Assembly (NCBI RefSeq): GCF_009914755.1
Contig: NC_060926.1
Strand: one strand, 5' to 3'
Origin: the human T2T-CHM13v2.0 reference genome, Homo sapiens
DNA length: 64,000 nucleotides
Shown: in pieces, positions 1-15,100 of the stretch
How the letters are laid out: the number at the start of each line of letters is the position of its first letter
Numbering within the stretch: the stretch's first letter is position 1
Made by a program: the position numbers and the translations under genes
The notes under the pieces: generated by a model
What the model saw: the letters and a program-made list of their open reading frames with translations, nothing else
Database searches by the model: none
What the model was told of the DNA's origin: nothing

Positions 1-274
1 AATGATGATTCCATTTGTGTCCATTCAATGGTGATTCCATTGGATTCCATTCAGTGATGCCATTCGATTCCGTTCGATGACTGCATTCGATTCCATTTGA
101 TGATACCCTTCGATTCCATTCAAAGTTTATTCCGTTCGAGTCCGTTTGATAATTCCATTCGATTCCATTCTCCGATGATTCCACTGGAGTCCGTTCGATG
201 ATTCCATTCAATTCCAGTTGATGATGATTCCATTCGAGTCCATTCAATGATTTCATTGGATTCCATTTGATGAT

Positions 275-3200
275 GACTCCTTCCGGTTCCATTCCATGAT
301 GATTCCATTCGGTTCCATTAGATAGTGATTCCATTCAAGTCCATTCGATGATTCCATTCGATTCCATTCGATGATGATTCCATTCCGGACCATTCGATGA
401 TTCCTTTCGATTCCACTTGATGTTGATTCCATTTGAGTCCATTTGATTATTCCCTTTGAATGCATTCCATGATTCCTTTCGATTCCATTTGATATTGCTT
501 GCATTCGAGTCCATTCGATGATTAAATTTGATTTCATTCAATGATGATTCGATTCAATTCCGTTCGATGATTCCATTTGATTCCATTCGATGACAGCTAC
601 ATTCGAGTCCATTCGATGATTCCTCTCGAGTCCATTTGATGATTCCATTCGATTCCATTCGATGATGATTCCATTCGGTTTCATTCGATGATTCTATTCA
701 ATTCCTTTCTATGATTATTCAATTCTTTTCCATTTGATGATTCCATGTGATTCCATTTGATGATGATTCCATTCGTTTGCATTCGATGATGATTCCATTC
801 AGGTCTATTCAAAGATTCCATTCGATTCCATTCTATGATGATTGCATTCGAGTTCATTTGATGATTCCATTCGACTCCATTCGATGATGATTCCATTCGT
901 TGCTATTGAATGATTCCATTCGATTCCATTTGCTGATGATTCCATTTGACTCCATTCAATGATTCCATTCGATTCCATTCAATGAGGATTCCATTCGAGT
1001 CCATTTGATGATTCTGTTGAATTCCATTGGATGATGATTCCTCTCAAATCCATTTTATGATTCCATTCGAGTACATTCGATTATTCCATTTGATTTTATT
1101 CGATGATGATTCCATTCGATGCCATTCGATGATTCCATTCGATTCCATTCAATGGTGATTCCATTCGATGCCATTCGATAATTCCATTCAATCCTATCTG
1201 ATGATGATTCCATTCGTGTCCATTCGATGATTCCGTTCGTTTCCATTCGATGATGATTCCATTTGAATCCATTCGATGGTTCCTATCGATTCCATTCGAT
1301 GACACCGTTTAATCCCATTCGATGTTTCCCTTCGATTGTATTTGATGATCATTCCATTCGATTCAATTTGGTTATTCCATTCCATGATGATTCCGTTCGA
1401 TTCTATTCAATGAGGATTCCATTCGATTCCATTTGATGATGATTCCATTTGATTCCATTTGACAATGATTCCATTTGAGTCCATCTGATGATTCCATTCG
1501 ATTCCATTTGATGATGATTCCACTCAAGCCCATTCGATTATTCCATTCGAGTCTATTCAATGATTCCATTAGATTCAATTCGATGATGATTCCATTCGAG
1601 TCCATTCGATGATTCCATTCGGTTCCATTCAATGATGATTCCTTTCAGGTCCATTAGATGATTCCATTAGATTCCATTTGATGATGACTCCATTAGAGTC
1701 CATTCCTTGATTCCATTCGATTCCATTCGATGATGATTCTATTCGAGTCCATTCGTTGATTCCATTCGATTCCATTCAATGATGATTCCATTCGAGTCCA
1801 ATCGATGATTACAGTCGATTCCATTCGATGATGATTCCCCTCGAGTCCATTCGATGATTCCACTCGAGTCCGTTCGATGATTTCCTTAGATTCCATTCAA
1901 TGATGATTCCACTCAATGCAATTCAATGACTAAATTCGATTCCATTCGATGTTGTTTCCATTCAAGTCCATTTGATGATTCTTTTCGATTCCATTCAATG
2001 ATGATTCCATTCGTGTCCACTCGATGATTCCATTCTATTCCATCCGATGATTATTCCGTTAGACTCCATTCGATGATGATTCCATTCGATTTCATTCTGT
2101 GATTCTATTCATTTCCATTCGATGATGATTCCATTCTTTTCCAGTCGATGATTCCATTCGATGCCATTCGATGATTACATTCGATTACATTCGACGATGA
2201 CTCCATTCTATTCCATTTGATGATTCCATTCGATTCCATTCGATGAGGATTCCATTTGATTCCATTCAATGATGATTCCATTCATGTCCATTCGATTGAA
2301 TTACATTTCATTGCTTTCGATGATGATGATTCCAATCACGTCCATTAGATGATTCCATTTGATTCCATTCATTGATGATTCCGTTCAGATTCCATTCGAT
2401 GATTCCATTCGATTCCATTTGATGATGATTCCATTCAATTGCATTCAATGATTCCATTCGATTCCATTCGATGATGATTCCCTTCGAGTCCATTAGAAGA
2501 TTCCATAACATTCCATTCGATGGTGATTCCTTCCCATTTCATTCAATGATTACATTCGATTCCATTCGATGATGATTCCCTTCGAGTCCATGAGATGACT
2601 TCATAATATTCCATTCGATGGTGATTCCATTTGATTCCATCCGATGATTGGAGTCCATTCGGTGATTCCTTTAGATTCCACTCAAAGACGATTCCATTCA
2701 ATTCCATTCCATGATACCATTCGATTCCATTCATTGATGATTCCATTTGATTCCATTTGATGATTCCATTTTATTCCATTCGATGATGATTCCATTCCAT
2801 TCCGTTTGATGATTCCATTCCATTCCATTAGATGTTGATTCCATTCGTGTCCACTTGATGATTCCCTTCTTTTCCGTTCGACGTTGATTCCATTCAATTC
2901 CATTCGATGATTCCATTCGAGTACATTCGATGATTCCATTCGAGTACATTCGATGATTCCACTTGATTCCATACGATGATTATTCCATTGGAGTCCTTTT
3001 GGCGATTCCGTTAAGTTCCACTCGAAGATGATTCCATTTGATTCCATTCGATTATACCATTCGATTCCATTCATTGATGATTCCATTCAAGTGCATTTGA
3101 TGATACCATTCGATTCCATTCGATGATGATTCCATTCGTTTCCATTTGATTATTCCATTCTATTCCATTCAGTGATGATTCCATTAGAGTCAATTCGATG

Positions 3201-6200
3201 ATTCCGTTGGAGTCTATTTGATGATGATTCCATTCAGTGATTCCATTCAATTCTATTTGATAATGATTCCAATCGATTCCATTTGATGTTGATTCCATGG
3301 GATTCTATTCTATGATTTCATTCGATTGCATTAGACAATGACTCCATTCGAATCCATTTGATGATTCCATTCGATTCTATTTGATGATGATTCCATTCGA
3401 TTCCATTTGATGATGATTCCATTCTATTCCATTCAATTTTGATTCCATTCGGGTCCATTATATGATTCCATTCGATTCCATTTGATGATTATTCCATTCG
3501 TGTCCATTCGATGATTCCATTCTTCTCCATTCGATGATGATTACATTCAAGTCTATTCGCTGATTCTATTAGAGTCCATTGAATGATTGCTTTTGATTCC
3601 ATTCGATGCTGATTCCATTGCATTCCATTCCATTCCATTCCATTCGATGATGATTCCATTCGATACCATTCTATGATTCCTTTAGATTCCATTTCATGCT
3701 GATTCCATTCAATTTCATTCAAAGATTCTATTCGAATCCATTCAATGATGTTTCCATTCGAGTACATTTGTTCATTCATTCGTGTCCATTCGATGACTCC
3801 ATTCGATTCCATTTGATGATCCCATTTGATGATAATGCCATTCGAGTCCATTTGATGACTCCATTTGATTCCATTCGATGATGATTCCATTCGTGTCCAT
3901 TCAATGTGTTTGTTCTATTCCATTCAATGAGGATTCCCTTCAAAACCATTTGATGATTGTATTCAAGTCCATTCAGTGATTGCTTTCGATTCCATTCGAT
4001 ATTGATTCCCTTTGATTCCATTCGATGAGGATTCCATTCGATGTCATTCTAGGATTCCATTCGATTCCATTTGATGTTGATTGCATTTGATTCCATTTGA
4101 TTATTCTATTCGATTATTTTTGATGACGATTCCATTCGATTCCATTCAGTGATTCCAGTTCATTACAGTTGATAATGATTCCTTTCGATTCCATTCGATG
4201 ATTCCATTTGATTCCAATCGATGATGATTCCATTCGAGTCCATTCGATGATTCCATTCGATTCCATTCAATGATGATTCCATTCGAGTCCATTCAATGGT
4301 GATTCCATTGGATTGCATTCGGTGATGCCATTCGATTCCGTTCAATGATTGCATTCGATTCCGTTTGATGATTCCCTTCGATTCCATTCAAAGTTTATTC
4401 CATTCGAGTCCGTTTGATAATTCCATTCGATTCCATTCTCCGATGATTCCACTGGAGTCCGTTTGATGATTCCATTCAATTCCAGCTGATGATGATTCCA
4501 TTCGATTCCATTGAATGGTGGTTCCATTCGATGCCATTTGATGATTCCATTCAATCTTATTTGATGATGATTCCATTCTTGTCCATTCGATGATTCCGTT
4601 CTTTTCCATTCGATGATTATTCCATTAGACTCCATTCGATGATGATTCCTTTCGATTTCATTCTGTGATTCTATTCATTTCCATTCGATGATGATTCCAT
4701 TCTTTTCCAGTCGATGATTCCATTCGATGCCATTCAATGATTACATTCGATTACATTCGACGATGACTCCATTCTATTCCATTTGATGATTCCATTCGAT
4801 TCCATTCGATGAGGATTCCGTTTGATTCCATTCAATGATCATTCCATTCATGTCCATTCGATTGAATTACATTTCATTGCTTTCGATGATGATTCCATTC
4901 ACGTCCATTAGATGATTCCATTTGATTCCATTCATTGATGATTCCATTCAGATTCCATTCGATGATTCCATTCGATTCCATTTGATGATGATTCCATTCA
5001 ATTGCATTCAATGATTCCATTCGATTCCATTCGATGATGATTCCCTTCGAGTCCATTAGAAGATTCCATAACATTCCATTCGATGGTGATTCCTTTCCAT
5101 TTCATTCAATGATTCCATTCGAATCCATTCGATGATGATTCCCTTCGAGTCCATGACATGATTTCGTAACATTCCATTCGATGGTGACTCCATTTGATTC
5201 CATTCGATGGTGATTCCATTTGATTCCATTCGATGATTCCTTTCGTGTCCATTCGATGACACCATTGGATTCCATTCGATGATTTCATTCGTTTCCACTT
5301 GTTGATGATTCCATTCGATTCCATTCGATGATGATTCCATTCGATTCCCTTCATTGATGATTCGATTAGATTCCATTTGATGATGATTCCATTCGAGTCC
5401 ATTCAATGAAGATTCCATTCAATTCCATTTGATGATGATTCCATTTGACTCCATTCAATGATGATTCCATTCGATTCCATTCAAAGATTCAATTCGAGTC
5501 CATTCAATGATTCCATTCGATTCCACTAGATGATGATTCCTTTCAAGTCCATTCAATGATTCCATTCAATTCCATTCCATAATAATTCCTTTCAAGTCCA
5601 TTCAATGATTCCATTCAGTTGCATTCGATGATTCCATACGATTTCATTCGATGATGATTCCATTTGAGTCCATTTGATGATTCCATTAGATTCCATTCGA
5701 GCATAATTCCTTTCGAGTCCATTCGATGATTCCATTCAATTCCATTCCATGATGATTCCATTTCATTCCATTCAATGATGATTCCATTCGAGTCCATTCT
5801 ATGATTCCTTTCTATTCCATTCGTTGATTCCATTCAATTCCATTCGATGATGATTGCATTCGACTACATTCGATGATTCCACTCGATTCCATCTGATGAT
5901 TGGAGTCCATTCGGTGACTCATTTAGATTCCACTCAAAGACGATTCCATTCAATTCCATTCCATGATACCATTCGATTCCATTCATTGATGATTCCATTT
6001 GATTCCATTTGATGATTCCATTTATTCCATTCGATGATGATTCCATTCCATTCCATTTGATGATTCCATTCCATTCCATTAGATGTTGATTCCATTCGTG
6101 TCCACTTGATGATTCCATTCTTTTCCGTTCGACCATGATTCCATTCGATTCCATTCGATGATTCCATTCGAGTACATTCGATGATTCCATTCGAGTACAT

Positions 6201-9160
6201 TCGATGATTCCACTCGATTCCATACGATGATTATTCCATTGGAGTCCATTTCGCGATTCCTTTAGGTTCCACTCGAAGATGATTCCATTTGATTCCTTTC
6301 GATTATACCATTCAATTCCATTCATTGATGATTCCATTCAAGTGCATTTGATGATACCGTTCGATTCCATTCGATGATGATTCCATTCGTTTCCATTTGA
6401 TTATTCCATTCTATTCCATTCAGTGATGATTCCATTAGTGTCAATTCGATGATTCCGTTGGAGTCCATTTGATGATGATTCCATTCAGTGATTCCATTCA
6501 ATTCTATTTGATAATGATTCCAATCGATTCCATTCGATGTTGATTCCATGGGATTCCATTCTATGATTTCATTCGATTGCATTAGACAATGACTCCATTC
6601 GATTCCATTTGATGATTCCATTCGATTCTATTTGATGATGATTCCATTCGATTCCATTTGATGATGATTGCATTCTATTCAATTCGATGATGATTCCATT
6701 CGGGTCCATTTGATGATTCCATACGATTCCATTCGATGACGATTCCATTCTATTTCATTCAATGATGATTCCATTCGGGTCCATTATATGATTCCATTCG
6801 ATTCTATTGGAGGATTATTCCATTCGTGTCCATTGGATGATTCCATTCTTCTCCATTCGATGATGATTACATTCAAGTCTATTCGATGATTCTATTAGAG
6901 TCCATTGAATGATTGCTTTTGATTCCTTTCGATGCTGATTCCATTCCATTCCATTCCATTCAATTCCATTCCATGATGATTCCATTCGATACCATTCTAT
7001 GATTCCTTTAGATTCCATTTCATGCTGATTCCATTCAATGTCATTGAAAGATTCTATTCGAATCCATTCAATGATGATTCCATTCGATTCCATTTGATGA
7101 TTCCGTTTGATTTCATTTGATGATGATTCCATTTGATTCCATTTGGTGATTCCATTCAATGATGGTTCCATTCGAGTCCATTCAATGATTCCTTTCTACT
7201 CTATATGATGATGATTCCATGCGAGGGCATTCAATGTTGATTCCTTTGGATACCATTCGATGATTCAATTCGATTCCATTCAATGATGTTTGCATTCGAT
7301 TCCATTCGATGATTCCATTTGATTCCATTCAAAGATGATTCCATTCGATTCCATTTGATAATTCCATGCGATTCCATTCGATCGTTCCAATGGATTCCAT
7401 TTGATGATGATTCCATTTGTGTCCATTCGATGATTCCATTGAATTCCATCAGATGATGATTCCATTCGAGTGAATTCGATGTTTCCAATCAATTCCATTC
7501 AATGATGCTTCCATTCGAGGCTGTCTGATGACTCTATTCATTTCCATTCTACAATGATTCCCTTTGAGTCCTTTTGAAGATTTGATTCGAGTCCTTTCGA
7601 TGATCCCATTCGATTCCATTCGATGATGATTCCGTTCGAGTCCATTTGACGCGTCCCTTCGAGTACATTTGATGATTCCATTCGAGTCCAACTGATGATT
7701 CCATTGAATTCCATTCTGTGATGTTTCCCTATGATTCCATTCGATGATGATTCCATGTGATTCCTTTCGATGATGATTCATTTTAATTGCATTTGATTAT
7801 GATTCATTTCCAGTTCATTCGACGATTCCACACGATTCCATTCGATGATGATTCCATTCGAGTGTATTTGATGATCCCTTTCGATTCCATTAGAAGATGA
7901 TTCCATTTGATTCCGTTCATTGGTGATCCCTTTCAATTCCATTCCATGATTCCATTCCATTCCATTCAACAATGATTCCATTTGATTCCATTTGATGATT
8001 CCTTCCGCTTGATTCCATTTGATGATGATTCCATTCGATTCCATTCGATGATGATTGCCTTCAATTCCATTCGATGATTCCATTCGATTCCATTCGATGA
8101 CGATTCGGTTTGTTTCCATTTGATGATTCCATTCGAGTCCATTCGATGATTCCATTCGATTCCATTTGATGATGATTCCATTTGAGTCCATTCGATGATT
8201 CCATTCGAGTCCATTCAATGATTCCATTCATTCGAGTCCATTTGATGATTCCATTCGATTCCATTTTATGATTATTCCATTCGTGTCCATTAGATGATTC
8301 CATTCGAGTCCATTCAATAATTCCATTCAATTCCTTTCGATGATTCCATTCGATTCTATTTGATGTTTCCATTCGAGTCCATTTGTTCATTCATTCGTGT
8401 CCATTCGATGACTCCATTCGATTCCATTTGATGATGATCCCATTTGATGATGATTCCATTCGAGTCCATTTGATGACTCCATTTGATTCCATTTGATTAT
8501 GATTCCAGTCGTGTCCATTCAATGTTTTTGTTCTATTCCATTCAAGGAGGATTCCCTTCAAATCCATTTGATGATTGTATTCAAGTCCATTCAGTGATTG
8601 CTTTCGATTCCATTCGATATTGATTCCCTTTGATTCCATTCGATGAGGATTCCATTCGATGTCATTCTAGGATTCCATTCGATTCCATTTGATGTTGATT
8701 GCATTTGATTCCATTTGATTATTCTATTCGATTATTTTTGATGACGATTCCATTCTATTCCATTCAGTGATTCCAGTTCATTACAGTTGATGATGATTCC
8801 TTTCGATTCCATTTGATGATTCCATTTGATTCCAATCGATGATGATTCCATTCGAGTCCATTCGATGATTCCATTCGATTCCATTCAATGATAATTCCAT
8901 TCGTGTCCATTCAATGGTGATTCCATTGGATTTCATTCGGTGATGGCATTCGATTCCGTTCGATGATTGCATTCGATTCCATTTGATGATTCCCTTCGAT
9001 TCCATTCAAAGTTTATTCCATTCGAGTCCGTTTGATAATTCCATTTGATTCCATTCTCCGATGATTCCACTGGAGTCCGTTCGATGATTCCATTCAATTC
9101 CAGTTGATGATGATTCCATTCGGGTCCATTCAATGATTTCATTGGATTCCATTTGATGAT
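275..9160 (+). repeat. Two macro-repeat units reduced to 8886 bp by multiple internal deletions
   Basis: Landmarks recur within the interval (GAATTACATTTCATTGC ~2298 and ~4864; CCACTCAAAGACG ~2678 and ~5930; CATTACAGTTG ~4161 and ~8779). Blocks are missing near 600, 2630, 3430, 3750, 4500 and 4610. Confidence 0.8.
5358..5368 (-). promoter_or_regulatory. DUX4-like homeodomain motif TAATCGAATCA (first of 10 copies)
   Basis: TGATTCGATTA on + reads TAATCGAATCA on -, one mismatch from the DUX4 consensus TAAYYYAATCA. DUX4 is known to bind and activate HSATII, but binding at this site is inferred. Confidence 0.4.
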
Positions 9161-12100
9161 GACTCCTTCCGGTTCCATTCCATGATGATTCCATTCGGTT
9201 CCATTAGATAGTGATTCCATTCAAGTCCATTCGATGATTCCATTCGATTCCATTCGATGATGATTCCATTCCGGTCCATTCGATGATTCCTTTCGATTCC
9301 ACTTGATGTTGATTCCATTTGAGTCCATTTGATTATGCCCTTTGAATGCATTCCATGATTCCTTTCGATTCCATTTGATATTGCTTCCATTCGAGTCCAT
9401 TCGATGATTCCTTTTGATTTCATTCAATGATGATTCGATTCAATTCCGTTCGATGATTCCATTTGATTCCATTCGATGACAACTCCATTCGAGTCCATTC
9501 GATGATTCCTTTCGAGTCCATTTGATGATTCTATTTGGATCCATTCGATGATGATTCCTTTGAATTCCATTCGTTGGTGATTCCATTCGATTCCATTCGA
9601 TGATGATTCCATTCAATTGCATTCGATGATGATTCCATTCGATTCCATTCGATGGTGATTCCATTCGGTTTCATTCGATGAGTCTATTCAATTCCTTTCT
9701 ATGATTATTCAATTCTTTTCCATTTGATGATTCCATGTGATTCCTTTTGATGATGATTCCATTCGTTTGCATTCGATGATGATTCCATTCAGGTCCATTC
9801 AAAGATTCCATTCGATTCCATTCTATGATGATTGCATTCGAGTTCGTTTGATTATTCCATTCGACTCCATTCGATGATGATTCCATTCGTTGATATTCAA
9901 TGATTCCATTCGATTCCATTTGCTGATGATTCCATTCGACTCCATTCAATGATTCCATTCGATTCCATTCAATGAGGATTCCATTCGAGTCCATTTGATG
10001 ATTCTGTTCAATTCCATTCGATGGTGATTCCTCTCAAATCCATTTGATGATTCCATTCGAGTACATTCGATTATTCCATTTGATTTTATTCGATGATGAT
10101 TCCATTCGATGCCATTCGATGATTCCATTCGATTCCATACAATGGTGATTCCATTCGATGCCATTTGATGATTCCATTAAATCCTATTTGATGATGATTC
10201 CATTCGTGTCCATTCGATGATTCCGTTCGTTTCCATTCGATCATGATTCCATTTGAATCCATTCGATGATTCCTATCGATTCCATTCGATGACTCCGTTC
10301 AATCCCATTCGATGTTTCCCTTCGATTGTCTTTGACGATCATTCCATTCGATTCAATTTGGTGATTCCATTCGATGATGATTCCGTTCGATTCAATTCGA
10401 TGAGGATTCCATTTGATTCCCTTTGATGATGATTCCATTCGATTCCATTTGACGATGATTCCATTCGAGTCCATTTGATGATTCCATTCAATTCCATTTG
10501 ATGATGATGCCACTCAAGCCCATTCGATTATTCCATTCGAGTCCATTCAATGATTCCATTAGATTCCATTCGATGATGATTCCATTCGAGTCCATTCGAT
10601 GATTCCATTCGATTCCATTCAATGATTATTCCTTTCAGGTCCATTAGATGATTCCATTAGATTCCATTTGATGATGACTGCATCAGAGTCCATTCTTTGA
10701 TTCCATTCGATTCCATTCGATGATGATTCTATTCGTGTCCATTCGTGGATTCCATTGGATTCCATTCAATGATGATTCCATTCGAGTCCAATCGATGATT
10801 ACAGTCGATTCCATTCGATGATGATTCCCCTCGAGTCCATTCGATGATTCCACTCCAGTCCATTCGATGATTTCCTTAGATTCCATTCAATTATGATTCC
10901 ACTCAATGCCATTCAATGACTAAATTCGATTCCATTCGATGCTGTTTCCATTCAAGTCCATTTGATGATTCTATTCGATTCCATTCAATGATGATTCCAT
11001 TCGTGTACACTCGATGATTCCATTCTATTCCATTCGATGATTATTCCATTAGACTCCATTCGATGATGATTCCGTTCGATTTCATTCTGTGATTCTATTC
11101 ATTTCCATTCGATGATGATTCCATTCTTTTCCAGTCGATGATTCCATTAGATGCCATTCGATGATTACATTCGATTACATTCGACGATGACTCCATTCTA
11201 TTCCATTTGATGATTCCATTCGATTCCATTCGATGAGGATTCCCTTCGAGTCCATTAGAAGATTCCATAACATTCCATTCGATGGTGATTCCTTTCCATT
11301 TCATTCAATGATTCCATTCGATTCCATTCGATGATGATTCCCTTCGAGTCCATGAGATGATTTCATAACATTCCATTCGATGGTGATTCCATTTGTTTCC
11401 ATTCGATGGTGATTCCATTTGATTCCATTCGATGATTCCTTTCTTGTCCATTCGATGACACCATTGGATTCCATTCGATGATTTCATTCGTTTCCACTTG
11501 TTGATGATTCCATTCGATTCCATTCGATGATGATTCCATTCGATTCCCTTCATTGATGATTCGATTAGATTCCATTTGATGATGTTTCCATTCGAGTCCA
11601 TTCAATGAAGATTCCATTCAATTCCATTTGATGATGATTCCTTTTGACTCCTTTCAATGATGATTCCATTCGTTTCCATTCAAAGATTCAATTCGAGTCC
11701 ATTCAATGATTCCATTCGATTCCACTTGATGATGATTCCTTTCAAGTCCATTCAATGATTCCATTCAGTTGCATTCGATGATTCCATACGATTTCATTTG
11801 ATGATGATTCCATTTGAGTCCATTTGATGATTCCATTAGATTCCATTCGAGCATAATTCCTTTCGAGTCCATTCGATGATTCCATTCAATTCCATTCCAT
11901 GATGATTCCATTTCATTCCATTCAATGATGATTCCATTCGAGTCCATTCTATGATTCCTTTGTATTCCATTCGTTGATTCCATTCAATTCCATTCGATTA
12001 TGATTGCATTCGACTACATTCGATGATTCCACTCGATTCCATCCGATGATTGGAGTCCATTCGGTGATTCGTTTAGATTCCACTCAAAGACGATTCCATT

Positions 12101-15100
12101 CAATTCCACTCCAAGGTACCATTCGATTCCATTCATTGATGATTCCATTTGATTCCATTTGATGATTCCATTTTATTCCATTCGATGATGATTCCATTCC
12201 ATTCCATTTGATGATTCCATTCCATTCCATTAGATGTTGATTCCACTCGTGTCCACTTGATGATTCCATTCTTTTCCGTTCGACCATGATTCCATTCGAT
12301 TCCATTCGATGATTCCATTCGAGTACATTCGATGATTCCATTCGAGTACATTCGATGATTCCACTCGATTCCATACGATGATTATTCCATTGGAGTCCAT
12401 TTGGCGATTCCTTTAGGTTCCACTCGAAGATGATTCCATTTGATTCCTTTCGATTATACCATTCAATTCCATTCATTGATGATTCCATTCAAGTGCATTT
12501 GATGATACCGTTCGATTCCATTCGATGATGATTCCATTCGTTTCCATTTGATTATTCCATTCTATTCCATTCAGTGATGATTCCATTAGAGTCAATTCGA
12601 TGATTCCGTTGGAGTCCATTTGATGATGATTCCATTCAGTGATTCCATTCAATTCTATTTGATAATGATTCCAATCGATTCCATTCGATGTTGATTCCAT
12701 GGGATTCCATTCTATGATTTCATTCGATTGCATTAGACAATGACTCCATTCGATTCCATTTGATGATTCCATTCGATTCTATTTGATGATGATTCCATTC
12801 GATTCCATTTGATGATGATTCCATTCGATTCCATTTGACGATGATTCCATTCGAGTCCATTTGATGATTCCATTCGATTCCATTTGATGATGATTCCACT
12901 CAAGCCCATTCGATTATTCCATTCGAGTCCATTCAATGATTCCATTAGATTCCATTCGATGATGATTCCATTCGAGTCCATTCGATCATTCCATTGGATT
13001 TCATTCAATGATGATTCCTTTCAGGTCCATTAGATGATTCCATTAGATTCCATTTGATGATGACTCCATTAGAGTCCATCCTTTGATTCCATTCGATTCC
13101 ATTCGATGATGATTCTATTCAAGTCCATTCGTTGATTCCATTCGATTCCATTCAATAATGATTCCATTCCAGTCCAATCGATGATTACAGTCGATTCCAT
13201 TCAATGATGATTCCCCTCGAGTCCATTCGATGATTCCACTCGAGTACATTCGATGATTTCCTTAGATTCCTTTCAATGATGATTCCACTCAATGCAATTC
13301 AATGACTAAATTCGATTCCATTCGATGTTGTTTCCATTCAAATCCATTTGATGATTCTATTCGATTCCATTCAATGATGATTCCATTCGTGTCCACTCGA
13401 TGATTCCATTCTATTCCATTCGATGATTATTCCATTAGACTCCATTCGATGATGATTCCATTCGATTTCATTCTGTGATTCTATTCATTTCCATTCAATG
13501 ATGATTCCATTCTTTTCCAGTCGATGATTCCATTCAATGCCATTCGATGATTACGTTCGATTACATTCGACGATGACTCCATTCTACTCCATTTGATGAT
13601 TCCATTCGATTCCATTCGATGAGGATTCCATTTGATTCCATTCAATGATGATTCCATTCATGTCCATTCGAATGAATTACATTTCATTGCTTTCGATGAT
13701 GATTCCTTTCACGTCCATTAGATGATTCCATTTGATTCCATTCATTCATGATTCCATTCAGATTCCATTCGATGATTCCATTCGATTCCATTTGATGATG
13801 ATTCCATTCAATTGCATTCAATGATTCCATTCGATTCCATTCGATGATGATTCCCTTCGAGTCCATTAGAAGATTCCATAACATTCCATTCGATGGTGAT
13901 TCCTTTCCATTTCATTCAATGATTCCATTCGATTCCATTCGATGATGATTCCCTTCGAGTCCATGAGATGATTTCATAACATTCCATTCGATGGTGATTC
14001 CATTTGATTCCATTCGATGGTGATTCCATTTGATTCCATTCGATGATTCCTTTCGTGTCCATTCGATGACACCATTGGATTCCATTCGATGATTTCATTC
14101 GTTTCCACTTGTTGATGATTCCATTCGATTCCATTCGATGATGACTCCATTCGATTCCCTTCATTGATGATTCGATTAGATTCCATTTGATGATGATTCC
14201 ATTCGAGTCCATTCAATGAAGATTCCATTCAATTCCATTTGATGATGATTCCATTTGACTCCATTCAATGATGATTCCATTCGATTCCATTCAAAGATTC
14301 AATTCGAGTCCATTCAATGATTCCATTCGATTAAACTTGATGATGATTCCTTTCAAGTCCATTCAATGATTCCATTCAATTCCATTCCATAATAATTCCT
14401 TTCAAGTCCATTCAATGATTCCATTCAGTTGCATTCGATGATTCCATACGATTTCACTCGATGATGATTCCATTTGATTCCATTTGATGATTCCATTAGA
14501 TTCCATTCGAGCATAATTCCTTTCGAGTCCATTCGATGATTCCATTCAATTCAATTCCATGATGATTCCATTTCATTCCATTTAATGATGATTCCATTCG
14601 AGTCCATTCAATGATTCCTTTCTACTCCATTCGTTGATTCCATTCAATTCCATTCGATGATGATTGCATTCGACTACATTCGATGATTCCACTCGATTCC
14701 ATTTGATGATTGGAGTCCATTCGGAGATTCGTTTAGATTCCACTCAAAGACGATTCCGTTCAATTCCATTCCATGATACCATTCGATTCCATTCATTGAT
14801 GATTCCATTTGATTCCATTTCATGATTCCATTTTATTCTATTCGATGATGATTCCATTCCATTCCATTTGATGATTCCATTCCATTCCATCAGATGTTGA
14901 TTCCATTCGTGTCCACTTGATGATTCCATTCTTTTCCGTTCGACGATGATTCCATTCGATTCCATTCGATGATTCCATTCGATTCCATTCGATGAATCCA
15001 TTCGAGTACATTCGATGATTCCACTCGATTCCATATGATGATGATTCCATTGGAGTCCATTTGGCGATTCCTTTAGGTTCCACTCGAAAATGATTCCATT

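Noticed and set aside
3696-3881. The only plus-strand ORF (61 aa)
   Set aside because: It is a chance stop-free stretch spanning a deletion junction in satellite sequence and is not conserved in other units.
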